Source: a virus (lineage: Duplodnaviria; Caudoviricetes). From it: a stretch of 32,826 bases of DNA. The stretch spans positions 1-32,826 of IMG/VR virus record IMGVR_UViG_3300037863_000038, one strand, 5' to 3'. Positions within the stretch are counted from its first letter, which is position 1. Each line of letters begins with the position of its first letter. Positions 1 to 8,821 of the stretch are shown in pieces. The position numbers and the translations under genes are program-made. A model generated the notes under the pieces. The model worked only from the letters and a program-made list of their open reading frames with translations, was not told where the DNA came from and ran no database searches.

Positions 1-27
1 GACCTGATTCGCTTCGACCACAATTCA
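1..27. repeat. Terminal direct repeat, copy 1 (assembly overlap of a circular contig)
   Basis: gacctgattcgcttcgaccacaattca is identical at 1-27 and 32800-32826. Confidence 0.97.
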
Positions 28-324
28 CAAAGGTTTGTTATGAGAGATTTACGCGCCCCTGCCAACGCATTCGAGTGGAGGCGCTTTGTTGTAGAGGAGG
101 CCGAGCGCCGGGGCGACAAGCCAAGCAAGTTAGATGCTGGCAACACATCTCGCAAGCGAAGCATTGCATCGACGCAAGCGATTGAGCGCGTGAGGGTAAG
201 TCAGCCTGGTTACGGCACTATCGGAATGGGCAAAAAGACGGCGGCGCTGATTGCTCAAAAGCCCAAGACCTTTGCTATTTACAGCAAGGCTCAGACTAAA
301 AGCAAGGGGCGCGGGTTTCTGTGA
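1..324 (+). CDS. Hypothetical basic protein; true start is at 32794 across the circular junction (MFDLIRFDHNSQRFVMRDLR...)
   Basis: ATG at 32794 preceded by AAGGA reads in frame through the overlap into the 40..324 ORF. Confidence 0.7.
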   Translation, partial: DLIRFDHNSQRFVMRDLRAPANAFEWRRFVVEEAERRGDKPSKLDAGNTSRKRSIASTQAIERVRVSQPGYGTIGMGKKTAALIAQKPKTFAIYSKAQTKSKGRGFL

Positions 325-326
325 AG

Positions 327-836
327 TTACGCAAACGTGCTGGCGGTCAGGCTGACTTCAGAAACACGCCGACTCCAGCCACGACCGAACGCATCCCATG
401 TGGCCAAGTTCTCCAAAAACTTCAGCCGCTTGTCTTGGTAGGCGCTGATTAACTCGCAAGCCGGGAAGCTGGCAACGGCTCGCAATGTGGCAGGGCCAAT
501 CAGACCGTCAGGAACAGCGCCAGCAGCGCTTTGCAGCCACTTCGCTGCACGGCTTGGGCCTGAGTTAACCGCAGCGTCAAAGACCACGTAATCAAGTCCT
601 GCGGGCAAGTCGTCGCCTTTAATCTTGTCCCAGTACAGCTGCTTGTACATTGGCCCGATCAGCTCCGGCGTAAGCGCCCGCATTTCGGCTTCATCAACTT
701 CGCGGCCAATCCAGTTTTCCCAAGTGCGTTTTGTAACTCCAAGGTTTGTCATTCCGCCGGGGTCTTTTGGATGATTGACAAAACCACCTTCATGCCGGAG
801 GACAGACTCAAGCGCCGCGTCAAAGTTGGTTCTCAT
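327..836 (-). CDS. Endolysin, glycoside hydrolase family 108 with C-terminal peptidoglycan-binding domain
   Basis: HEGGFVNHPKDPGGMTNLGVT motif, FDAAVNSG, DGLIGPATL, FGRGWSRR; start at 836 gives an ATGA overlap with the holin stop. Confidence 0.95.
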   Translation of the reverse strand: MRTNFDAALESVLRHEGGFVNHPKDPGGMTNLGVTKRTWENWIGREVDEAEMRALTPELIGPMYKQLYWDKIKGDDLPAGLDYVVFDAAVNSGPSRAAKWLQSAAGAVPDGLIGPATLRAVASFPACELISAYQDKRLKFLENLATWDAFGRGWSRRVSEVSLTASTFA

Positions 837-1246
837 TTTGCAACGCCTTTTACTTTTTCCCAAGACCGGCCAACTACGTATCCAAGCATCACCGTGCCAA
901 ATAGCGTAAGGATAGGCTCAGGAATAGCGTCCATCCACGCCTTAAAACCATCAGTAAAGAGCTTTGCCGATTCCGGGTGGAACACAGTCAGCAAGCCCAT
1001 TGGAATAGCCCACAACAAAAGAATGTAGACCACGTAAAGAAACGACGGCCTTGCCCGGCTTGTCCATGGGTCAGCAGATTGCGCTTCAGCAAGAATGACG
1101 CTCATTTGGGTCTTCATTTCTTCAAGTTTGCCATCCTGAGCCATCTTAGCAAGCTCTAGCTGAGCGATTGCTTTAGCTTCCGGGTCGGGGATCAGCTTAT
1201 CAATCAGCTTAGAGCCAATGCCAAGGAGTGCTGTTAGGGGGAACAT
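833..1246 (-). CDS. Holin of the 3TM gene-transfer-release type
   Basis: KLIDKLIPDP, EAQSADPWTSRARP, GYVVGRSWEKVKG signatures; hydrophobic segments; directly upstream of the GH108 gene. Confidence 0.85.
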   Translation of the reverse strand: MFPLTALLGIGSKLIDKLIPDPEAKAIAQLELAKMAQDGKLEEMKTQMSVILAEAQSADPWTSRARPSFLYVVYILLLWAIPMGLLTVFHPESAKLFTDGFKAWMDAIPEPILTLFGTVMLGYVVGRSWEKVKGVAK

Positions 1247-1271
1247 AAATTACCTTTTCAATTCTGAGACA

Positions 1272-1487
1272 TTATTTCCCATTCAAGCCGCTAGCAAAAA
1301 ATCCAACAATTGCAGAGGCAAACGAAACCACTGTCATGCCAAACCAAAGCCCGCCCCGACCTTTATTTGCTAACGCCACCAGCTCTTCAAGCTGGCGCTC
1401 AACCTTGTCCATTTTTTTGTCCATGTCTTGGACTTTTTGCCAGAGAACGCCGTATTTCACAAGGTCAATCTCATTGCCATCTGCCAT
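1272..1487 (-). CDS. Small coiled-coil plus C-terminal TM membrane protein (XhlA-like or holin accessory)
   Basis: Heptads VQDMDKKMDKVERQLEELV, then NKGRGG and a hydrophobic helix; GGAG upstream of the ATG at 1487. Confidence 0.65.
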   Translation of the reverse strand: MADGNEIDLVKYGVLWQKVQDMDKKMDKVERQLEELVALANKGRGGLWFGMTVVSFASAIVGFFASGLNGK

Positions 1488-1505
1488 AACTTGAGGCTCC
1501 AACAT

Positions 1506-1859
1506 TTAAAGACCTTGGCCTGGTGTGATGTAGACCGTAGCTGCTGCGATTGACAGGCCGCTGAACCATGTATCTTTGTTGAAACGCAAGATTTCTACGG
1601 CACCAGGCAGCAGAACGATGGCGTCAGAAGGCGTACCAGCCACCGGCGCAACTGCTTTATCTGTAGCATCTGCCGCCGATACTCCAGCGCCTAGAAACAC
1701 GGTTGTAGTGCCTGCATTAACAATGCGGTATTGGCCCACAGCCTGCGGGTCAAACCGGACCAAGACCGGCGCTTGCACGCCTGCCGGAGCTGTTGCAGCA
1801 GCAGGAACAACAATTGTCTTGCCTTGGGGATTAAAGGCAATCTGTGAGTTATTAGACAT
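1506..1859 (-). CDS. Hypothetical beta-rich virion-associated protein
   Basis: Ala/Thr/Gly/Val-rich, ends VYITPGQGL; located in the late arm. Confidence 0.6.
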   Translation of the reverse strand: MSNNSQIAFNPQGKTIVVPAAATAPAGVQAPVLVRFDPQAVGQYRIVNAGTTTVFLGAGVSAADATDKAVAPVAGTPSDAIVLLPGAVEILRFNKDTWFSGLSIAAATVYITPGQGL

Positions 1860-1907
1860 TTGTTAAATCTTTCAGTTGTTTAAGATTAAGAGTAGTTTAC
1901 TGCGCTA

Positions 1908-2102
1908 CTACTTGTCGGCCAAAGATGTTTTCGTAATGACCCGCAGCGCTGCGATAGCGCCTGCAATCACCATGCCCACAATGCTTTGCTGCATCGGCGT
2001 TAACGCAAGCTGGACGATAAAGCCCTGCGAAACACTGAGCACAGCCAGCGCCACGGAGAAAAGCATGGTCTTGGACTTGATAATTTGGGTTAGTGTCGGC
2101 AT
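1908..2102 (-). CDS. Small two-TM holin-like protein
   Basis: IIKSKTMLF then two hydrophobic helices, ends LRVITKTSLADK; AAGGA before the ATG at 2102. Confidence 0.7.
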   Translation of the reverse strand: MPTLTQIIKSKTMLFSVALAVLSVSQGFIVQLALTPMQQSIVGMVIAGAIAALRVITKTSLADK

Positions 2103-2160
2103 GTGTTGTCCTTGTTGTCGTAGGTCAGGCTGGGTAAACTCAGAACCGTCAAGTTTCATT

Positions 2161-4425
2161 TTACAGCGCCAGCAGTGTTGCAGGTGCAGTTGCAGACGCT
2201 GCCGTTCCGCCTACACCGTTATTTATGATGGTGTTTCCGATAATTGCGAGTTCGCCGTAAACGGTTTGCGTCAGTAAAGAACCCGCACTATTCCCTTCAA
2301 GCCTGTTCATTGTCACTTTAGATAGTGTGTTTAAGGTTGCGCTGTTGTTTGACGCGATGCCGATACAAGGGCTGTTAAGTGCAGCGGGCTGAAGAATGTA
2401 ATTGCTGTGTATCTCTACCAATGCAGCTACAGCATAACCCCCGTTATCGCAAAATATCGCACGCTGACTATTTGCTGACGGCATCGTCAGGGTGTTGTTA
2501 GATATAAATACCCGGTCACTGTCTTCTACTATCAGCGAGCCAATAATGTTGTTGCGGTGGATATGAACGTTCTTAAAGTTGTAAGGATTGGCAAATCTTA
2601 CGGTACTTGCGCCAGTTCCATTAATGGCAACAACGTCATTGCTTTCAATGTGCAAAGATGATGCCGGACCTGAACCCCCCAAGACAAGCATAGACATGTT
2701 TGCCACATTTGTTTCTACGTTGAAAATGTTTTCGTTAAACATGGCCATACCCGCCAATGTCAAAATAATAACCCTTGACCCAGCAACATCGCCATCAAAG
2801 TAAAAGTTATTCCGGCTGCAAGTAAACCACGTTATCACCACTGCGCTGTTCATGGCGTACTTCCCCCCTGTAGGAGTAAGAACCGTGTTGCCGCAGAATG
2901 AAACGCTTACAGTACCCGCTGACCACCCGGTATAGATGGTAGTCTCGTTGTACCCCACCAGAGTCGATGAAAAGTAATTACCTAGAATGTTAACGCGCAC
3001 AAGTTGGCGTTCAATAAATACCGGCGATTGAGTAACTTCAACAAAGTTATTAGAAATGTTAGTTTCTTGGATTTGAATCAATCTGATGCCATTACCAATT
3101 CCCTGAATGTTGTTACCCTCAACAAGGATGGGCATCTTGAAGGATGCGGTCCAGGTGGGGTTCACTTGGGATATGTCTCCATCAACACTCATTCCATAGG
3201 TGAATGTACCTGTGATTATGTTACCTGTGCATGTACCCCGAATAACGGATTGCGCTACTCCACTCGCATTGTGCGGCCCGAAATCGTTAGCATACATTCG
3301 TACAACTGTAAGCAACCCGGTTGCGCCAATTACCATATCCAGCAGCTTATTGTCGTTAAATGTGAAGTCGATGCAGCCCGAAAGATGGGCACATATCGAG
3401 CTAATATTACCTGCGTAACCGTTGAACACGTTGCCCGTAAATGAGGGGGCGATTGGTGAGAATATATTTGTTAAATTGGATGTAGCGTCGTAGAAATATA
3501 TATTTGATGTAAATCCTACGTGGACTGTAAAGCCGCCATTAACGATATTATTATTTTCAAATCGAAGGTTTTGACCGGCCTGTATGAATAAACATCTGTC
3601 TTTGCCCCCGCTGAAATTATTATCGTGGATATAAGTGTTGTCGCTAAATTGACCACCAATGCTCGGAAAATAAGAGCCAAACGTAGCGGCAAGTGCAGGA
3701 AAACTTGCGTCATTTGTGGTGAATTTGAAACCTGTGATTTCTACATTCACCGATCCCCGTTTAAGGAAGAAAGCCGCGCTTACTTTGTACTCACCAGCGT
3801 TTCCCCCGACAACGGTTGAGTTCACGTCATCATGGTATTGAACAATCGTTGCACCGTTGCCATTCAGCTTCACGTTTCCAGCGGTGATGAATGCCATCTT
3901 CATTCGGTAAATGCCGCCCGGCTGAAAGTTAATTTCAGCCGCCCCGCTGTCAATAGCCAGCCGAATTGCTGCCGTATCATCTGTAACCCCATCCCCAACA
4001 GCGCCAAAATCATTAACACTCACACTCTCCCGCAACTTCCCCTGCACCGTAGTAGCCACAGCCCCAGTGCCTGCGGGGTCATAAATAACATTACTTGCAT
4101 TGATGTCACCGACAACCACATCGCTATAACGCTCAGTAGCAGCAGGCGCAGAATAAACCACACTGCCGTTTTTATTCATGACCCTGATGCTGTAATCGCT
4201 GTCAACGTATACGCGCGCAGGCGTGCCACTGTTGGCCGGGTAGCCGCCAAGCGTGCGGATGGGCTGCACTGCCACAATGGTTAGTGCTGCGTCCCAATAG
4301 GCGTTGATCGGATTGACTTGCGGGTCAAGGTTAGCTGTGCCAATCCAGACGTAACCGGCTTCAAGCGGCTGGCCGTCAATGTCGGTAAAAATTGGGAATG
4401 GGCTGGATACTGATAGTGCGGACAT
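2161..4425 (-). CDS. Tailspike / receptor-binding protein: P22-like head-binding domain plus parallel beta-helix (pectate-lyase-like)
   Basis: N-terminal FTDIDGQPLEAGYVWIG...QPIRT, linker SVNDFGAVGDGVTDDTAAI, then many I/V-x-x-N beta-helix rungs. Confidence 0.9.
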   Translation of the reverse strand: MSALSVSSPFPIFTDIDGQPLEAGYVWIGTANLDPQVNPINAYWDAALTIVAVQPIRTLGGYPANSGTPARVYVDSDYSIRVMNKNGSVVYSAPAATERYSDVVVGDINASNVIYDPAGTGAVATTVQGKLRESVSVNDFGAVGDGVTDDTAAIRLAIDSGAAEINFQPGGIYRMKMAFITAGNVKLNGNGATIVQYHDDVNSTVVGGNAGEYKVSAAFFLKRGSVNVEITGFKFTTNDASFPALAATFGSYFPSIGGQFSDNTYIHDNNFSGGKDRCLFIQAGQNLRFENNNIVNGGFTVHVGFTSNIYFYDATSNLTNIFSPIAPSFTGNVFNGYAGNISSICAHLSGCIDFTFNDNKLLDMVIGATGLLTVVRMYANDFGPHNASGVAQSVIRGTCTGNIITGTFTYGMSVDGDISQVNPTWTASFKMPILVEGNNIQGIGNGIRLIQIQETNISNNFVEVTQSPVFIERQLVRVNILGNYFSSTLVGYNETTIYTGWSAGTVSVSFCGNTVLTPTGGKYAMNSAVVITWFTCSRNNFYFDGDVAGSRVIILTLAGMAMFNENIFNVETNVANMSMLVLGGSGPASSLHIESNDVVAINGTGASTVRFANPYNFKNVHIHRNNIIGSLIVEDSDRVFISNNTLTMPSANSQRAIFCDNGGYAVAALVEIHSNYILQPAALNSPCIGIASNNSATLNTLSKVTMNRLEGNSAGSLLTQTVYGELAIIGNTIINNGVGGTAASATAPATLLAL

Positions 4426-4441
4426 TTATGGGGTCTCCTGG

Positions 4442-6634
4442 TTAGGGGGCGGCTTTGCGATTTAGGATTTCTTCCATTGCTTTAATGGCGTTTTCTTTGT
4501 TAATACCTTTAAGATTTTCCGCTTTTTCGGCCATAAGGTCAAAGGCTCGTTGAGCAAGGCCGCTGAAATTGCCTCTGGCAATGTCTGTTCCAGTGCCCAT
4601 TGCTGCTTCGGCCACTTGGCCTTTTAGCGACGTCTGTGCGGCTGCTCCAAACATTCGGTCAAGCTCGTTAACAAAAATCAGTTGATTAACAATGTCGTCA
4701 TTCAAACTTAGGCCGTACTTTTGAGAAGTCTGATTTGCTTGGTCAAGTGCGTCGATCAAGTTTGCGCGTGTGCCGTAGTTGCTGGTTAGCTTTCGCATGG
4801 CAACACCAAGCGCTTTATTGGCGTTGTCAGAGTCAAAATTAATACTTGTGCCGGCAGCCTTTTGCATGGCATCAAGTGCCGTAATGGTCTCCGAATACTT
4901 GGTGTTGGCTGCTTTGTAGACCGGAAAAGCATCGCCAAGCGACTGGTTTAAGTTGCGGCGCAAGCCTTTTACAATGCTTTCAGCTTCGGCGGTCAACGGG
5001 TTTGCCAAGTTTCGTTTTCCATAACTTACCTGGGTGTCAATAAACCTTTTGGCGTCGTGTACGCCTAAAGCGTCTGGAGTTTGCGTTTTGCTGAGTCGTT
5101 TCAAAACGATATTAAGCAAGTTCTCAGCGCCTTTGTCGCCTTCAATTCTTGAGCCCTCAAGGTTGACTTTTGCCACTCCGTTTTTGTCAAGATTTACTTT
5201 TACACCAATGTTGTCAAGATCGCCCAAGAATTTGTTAACCGCTGGGTCGTAGTCAACATTCTGGCCGCGAAGCCTGGTTTGCGCAATGCGGTCAATGGCT
5301 TTGCCTGCCTGCTTGTTGGACTTGGCCAAAAAGTCAATTCTAGCTTGCACGGTATCGCCCAAGATGTCGGCAGGCCGGTTAAGTGTGCGAAACTTTTCGC
5401 TTTTTTCGCCCATCTTAAACAAGTTGAGCATCTTGGTCATAGCGGTGCGGTCTTTGTCGGACGAGGCTTTGATGCTGGCAACTGTGCCATCTTTCCAGCC
5501 TTGCTTCAAAGCATCGGCGGCTAAGTTGTCTGGCACAACTTGCGACCCGGCAATTCTAAAATTTACAAAATCAGTTGATTCCGGAGAATCAATCATTTGC
5601 TTTCTGACAAGCTGTTGAGATTGCGGGTCAATCTTGCTTTTGACAGTAGAGCCAATGCTTTGCAATGATTCTTGTGTAGTAGTTTCAGCGCGAGGCAGTG
5701 CAAGACCTGACGTAGACGTCATTTGCTGATTAATTCCAGCGCCTGCCGGGGCAACCGTTCTGGCCACTTGCTGGGTCACTGATCTTACTGCCGATGGGAT
5801 AGATGGGACAATAGCGCCGCCGATTGTTGCGGCAATTTGCCCAACTGGTCCAGCACCTTCTTCTTTCGCAATTTGTCCAGCGCCGGCTGCTGTCCCGCCA
5901 GTGATTGTTTGCAGACCCGGCGTGGTTGCCATCAATCTGCCAACTTCTCGCGCGACAGGGCCGGCTGCCGCTGCTTCAACAGCTTTGCCGACAGCAACTC
6001 CGCCGGCACCGCCAGCCATGCCTGCCGTTGTGGTCTGAACAATTCGCTCGGCTGCTGTGCGTGGCTCCTTAACTCCGACGCGAGTTAATAGATCGGCCAG
6101 CGCATCGGTTGGCATAGTGTATTGAGTGCCAAACAAGCTATTTATTGAGCCCACTACAGGGTCGCCGACCATTCCGGCCAGGGTAGCCGCACCTGCCCCG
6201 GCAATCGCGCCCGGAATGGCTCCTACGCCTGCGAATGGCGCTCCAAAAGCTGCCCCAGCAAGCGCGCCAGCGGCTGGCAATGCAAGGCCACGGGTTGCAG
6301 CGCCGGCAAGACCTGAGACTGTGGTTTCTGGCTCAAACCTTCGACCTGCGGACAAAGGCTGGGCTTGCGTCGGCAGTTCAGGCCGTGCGGCCATTGCGTC
6401 TGATGCTGCCAACTCTTCGGGCGTAAGTGATCGAACGCCAATGTCAACGTCTGTAACTTTACGGGGCTGACCCGCCATAACTTCCGCGCCTTGGCTTGGC
6501 TGAGTAGTTTGCACTGGCTGACGCTGCGCATAGGCAGCTTGTGCCGCCTGGCCAATTTGCGCGTCAGTAGCACCATCCGGACCCTCGATCTTAATAATGC
6601 TTCCGTCTGGGGCTTCAACTTTGTAAATTGCCAT
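4442..6634 (-). CDS. Large DNA ejection (pilot) protein, positional equivalent of P22 gp16
   Basis: 730 aa, Ala/Gly-rich hydrophobic stretches then a helical region; third of three such genes before the tailspike. Confidence 0.7.
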   Translation of the reverse strand: MAIYKVEAPDGSIIKIEGPDGATDAQIGQAAQAAYAQRQPVQTTQPSQGAEVMAGQPRKVTDVDIGVRSLTPEELAASDAMAARPELPTQAQPLSAGRRFEPETTVSGLAGAATRGLALPAAGALAGAAFGAPFAGVGAIPGAIAGAGAATLAGMVGDPVVGSINSLFGTQYTMPTDALADLLTRVGVKEPRTAAERIVQTTTAGMAGGAGGVAVGKAVEAAAAGPVAREVGRLMATTPGLQTITGGTAAGAGQIAKEEGAGPVGQIAATIGGAIVPSIPSAVRSVTQQVARTVAPAGAGINQQMTSTSGLALPRAETTTQESLQSIGSTVKSKIDPQSQQLVRKQMIDSPESTDFVNFRIAGSQVVPDNLAADALKQGWKDGTVASIKASSDKDRTAMTKMLNLFKMGEKSEKFRTLNRPADILGDTVQARIDFLAKSNKQAGKAIDRIAQTRLRGQNVDYDPAVNKFLGDLDNIGVKVNLDKNGVAKVNLEGSRIEGDKGAENLLNIVLKRLSKTQTPDALGVHDAKRFIDTQVSYGKRNLANPLTAEAESIVKGLRRNLNQSLGDAFPVYKAANTKYSETITALDAMQKAAGTSINFDSDNANKALGVAMRKLTSNYGTRANLIDALDQANQTSQKYGLSLNDDIVNQLIFVNELDRMFGAAAQTSLKGQVAEAAMGTGTDIARGNFSGLAQRAFDLMAEKAENLKGINKENAIKAMEEILNRKAAP

Positions 6635-6644
6635 TTTTTTGCCC

Positions 6645-7976
6645 TTATCGAACTATTCGAAAACCGGCTGGCATACCTGGTGCTGGTGCGGCAGTGCCAC
6701 CAGTCGGAGCAGCGCCACCAGCAGTTAACTCAGCTCGAACATTACCGTACATTTCGGCCGCTGTTGCTCTTCCTTTTTTCATGAGGTCTTTAATAATTAT
6801 AAGGTTTGCGCCAATTTTGGGAGGGGATTGACGAAGACTCAAACTAGCCAACGAGCTTTCTAATTTTGCGCCTTCTTTTTCGCCAAGGGCACCAAGACCA
6901 CGCATTTTTGCAACTTCAGCTAAAAACACTTGCGATTGCAAGGTTTGAATTTGCTCTTCAAAATCAGCAACTCTTGAATCAGTAGTAATTATTCTAGATT
7001 GAATTGGGCCTGTGGCGTTTTTGACAACATCGTTAAAGTTGCTTGGGTCAACTTTTCCGTCTTTGGTTGTACCAAAGTTAAGAAAAATTTGATCAATTGT
7101 TGAAAGAGTGTTGTCAAAGGTTGTTTGTGCCTTTTGCGATTCTGAATACTTTACTCGAACCTTTTCGTCTCTTACTGATTCTGCTTCGTCTACTTTTAAC
7201 TGCAACTCTTTACGCTTTAAAGTATTGCCTTCTCTAGCAATGTTGGCTTCGATTGCTGCAACGCGCTGGTTAGCACGGGCAATGTCTTGCATGACTGCGT
7301 AATTGTTGATCTGTGCATTTGTAAGTTTCAAGCCAGCCAACGCGGTGGATTTACTAAAGTTTGCAGTTGTTACGGCTGTTTTGGCTTCTGCAACGGCTTT
7401 TTCTTGGTTTGCTGGCGCCAAAGCCTCTGCCCTACTGGTTGCAGCAGCTTTATCGGCCGCCTCAAACATTTCTTTTGCGCCTGGAATTTGCGTTGTAACT
7501 CGGGTCAAGGCTTTGAAGGCCATGCCTGGGCCTTGCTTTGGATTTTCAGCCGCGTCAGCAATGCGTGAGTAAAGATCGGCTTCTTCGGTGTCGCCTGAAT
7601 TTTTTTGACCTTCTGCATATTGGCGCAACATTTTGACACCAGCTGCTGGGTCAAGTTCTAAGGCAGAAAGCATTTGCGTGTTTGCACGCAACGTGCCTTG
7701 AATTTGTTCTTTGCTAAAGTTTTCAATAAAAGGCCGTAAAGCATCTGCATGGTCTTTTGGCAATACAGCGGCAAACTGCAAAGCATCGCGCATAGTTGGG
7801 TTAGGCTTTGAAAAAAATTGCTGTTGTGCCTGCGCTAATTTTTGCTGTTGAGCCTGCGCTTGTTGACGCTGTTGCGTGACAAATTCTTGTTCTGCCATGC
7901 CCGCGCCAAGAGTTACCCCTTGAGCAGCTTTGGCAAAAGGGTCTGAAATTAAAGCGTTGTAGTTGATTGGCCCCAT
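6645..7976 (-). CDS. DNA ejection protein, positional equivalent of P22 gp20
   Basis: Gln/Ala-rich helical protein, motif MRGLGALGEKEGAKL; probable start MGPINY after AAGGA. Confidence 0.7.
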   Translation of the reverse strand: MGPINYNALISDPFAKAAQGVTLGAGMAEQEFVTQQRQQAQAQQQKLAQAQQQFFSKPNPTMRDALQFAAVLPKDHADALRPFIENFSKEQIQGTLRANTQMLSALELDPAAGVKMLRQYAEGQKNSGDTEEADLYSRIADAAENPKQGPGMAFKALTRVTTQIPGAKEMFEAADKAAATSRAEALAPANQEKAVAEAKTAVTTANFSKSTALAGLKLTNAQINNYAVMQDIARANQRVAAIEANIAREGNTLKRKELQLKVDEAESVRDEKVRVKYSESQKAQTTFDNTLSTIDQIFLNFGTTKDGKVDPSNFNDVVKNATGPIQSRIITTDSRVADFEEQIQTLQSQVFLAEVAKMRGLGALGEKEGAKLESSLASLSLRQSPPKIGANLIIIKDLMKKGRATAAEMYGNVRAELTAGGAAPTGGTAAPAPGMPAGFRIVR

Positions 7977-7977
7977 A

Positions 7978-8739
7978 TCAGAATCCTTGTTCTTGTGCAG
8001 CAAGCATTGCAGATTGCTGTGATCCGATGTTTGTTCCGTAATTCAAAGCTGTGCCTATGTTGAAGCCATTACCGCCAAAGACCTTGCCAAAACCACCAGC
8101 GCCTTGAATTGCTCCAAAGCCTTGATTGATTGCCGATGTAAGCTGATTGCCTGCAAGTGCACCGCCGGCTTGGGCCGCGCCCTGTTGCTGCATAAGTGTG
8201 GCCACGTTTGCGCCAGTTTGCTGGCCAAATGCGGCTTGACGTGCGGCACTGGCTTGGCCAAAGTTGGTCATGCCGCCAAGCCTGCTGTATTGCTGCTCAA
8301 TAGCCTGGTTAAGCATGGCCGGCCGGAACTGCGCCAGTGCCGCCTGTATGTTGCCGCCACGTAGACCGCCAGTGGCCGACGCGTTTTGCAGCAAAGCGTT
8401 TTCGCCCTGCTGAACTGCGGCTTGAAAGCCAGCGCCCCCGCTAATGCGATCAATGGCTGCTTGCTCTGCACCTGCGCCGCCGAGACCTAAGAAGGCTTGC
8501 TGTTGCGCTAACGCACCTTCGCCTGCTTGGGTGTAGGGCGATAGCAGTTTGGTGATTTCGTCAAACTGTCGGCGCTGCTCGTCAATTCCTTGTTGAGCTT
8601 GGTTTGCTTGAACGCCTGAGGCTTGCTGTGCACTGCTTTTGCCTTCAAAAGCGCCGCCTAGTGCACCACCAATAGCGCCACCAATGGGACCACCAAAATA
8701 ACTTCCGGCAAGACCGCCGATAGTGCTAAGAAGTCCCAT
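7978..8739 (-). CDS. DNA ejection protein, P22 gp7-like
   Basis: Gly/Ala/Gln-rich; LSPYTQAG and NASATGGLRGGN motifs typical of gp7; GAGGTG RBS. Confidence 0.85.
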   Translation of the reverse strand: MGLLSTIGGLAGSYFGGPIGGAIGGALGGAFEGKSSAQQASGVQANQAQQGIDEQRRQFDEITKLLSPYTQAGEGALAQQQAFLGLGGAGAEQAAIDRISGGAGFQAAVQQGENALLQNASATGGLRGGNIQAALAQFRPAMLNQAIEQQYSRLGGMTNFGQASAARQAAFGQQTGANVATLMQQQGAAQAGGALAGNQLTSAINQGFGAIQGAGGFGKVFGGNGFNIGTALNYGTNIGSQQSAMLAAQEQGF

Positions 8740-8788
8740 TAAAAACACCTCAATTTCTTGGATGCTGCTGGAAGCAAATTACTCAGCG
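8740..8788 (-). ncRNA. Candidate structured 5' leader (pseudoknot) of the ejection-protein operon
   Basis: GCUG/CAGC stem with loop UGC pairing to the downstream GCA; UAAUUU can pair with AAAUUG overlapping the RBS. Confidence 0.4.
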
Positions 8789-8793
8789 TTTCT

Positions 8794-8821
8794 ATTTTCG
8801 CACAAATTGGCTTTGCGTCAA
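8794..8821 (-). promoter_or_regulatory. Sigma70-like promoter TTGACG-16-GAAAAT with extended TG
   Basis: Direct motif read; same pattern found at 15845 and 17944. Confidence 0.6.

Noticed and set aside
1-27. Biological terminal repeat or att site
   Set aside because: An exact 27-bp end overlap inside a continuous ORF is better explained as an assembler overlap; the terminase is headful type and there is no integrase
2161-4425. Diversity-generating retroelement target
   Set aside because: No reverse transcriptase and no template/variable repeat pair seen
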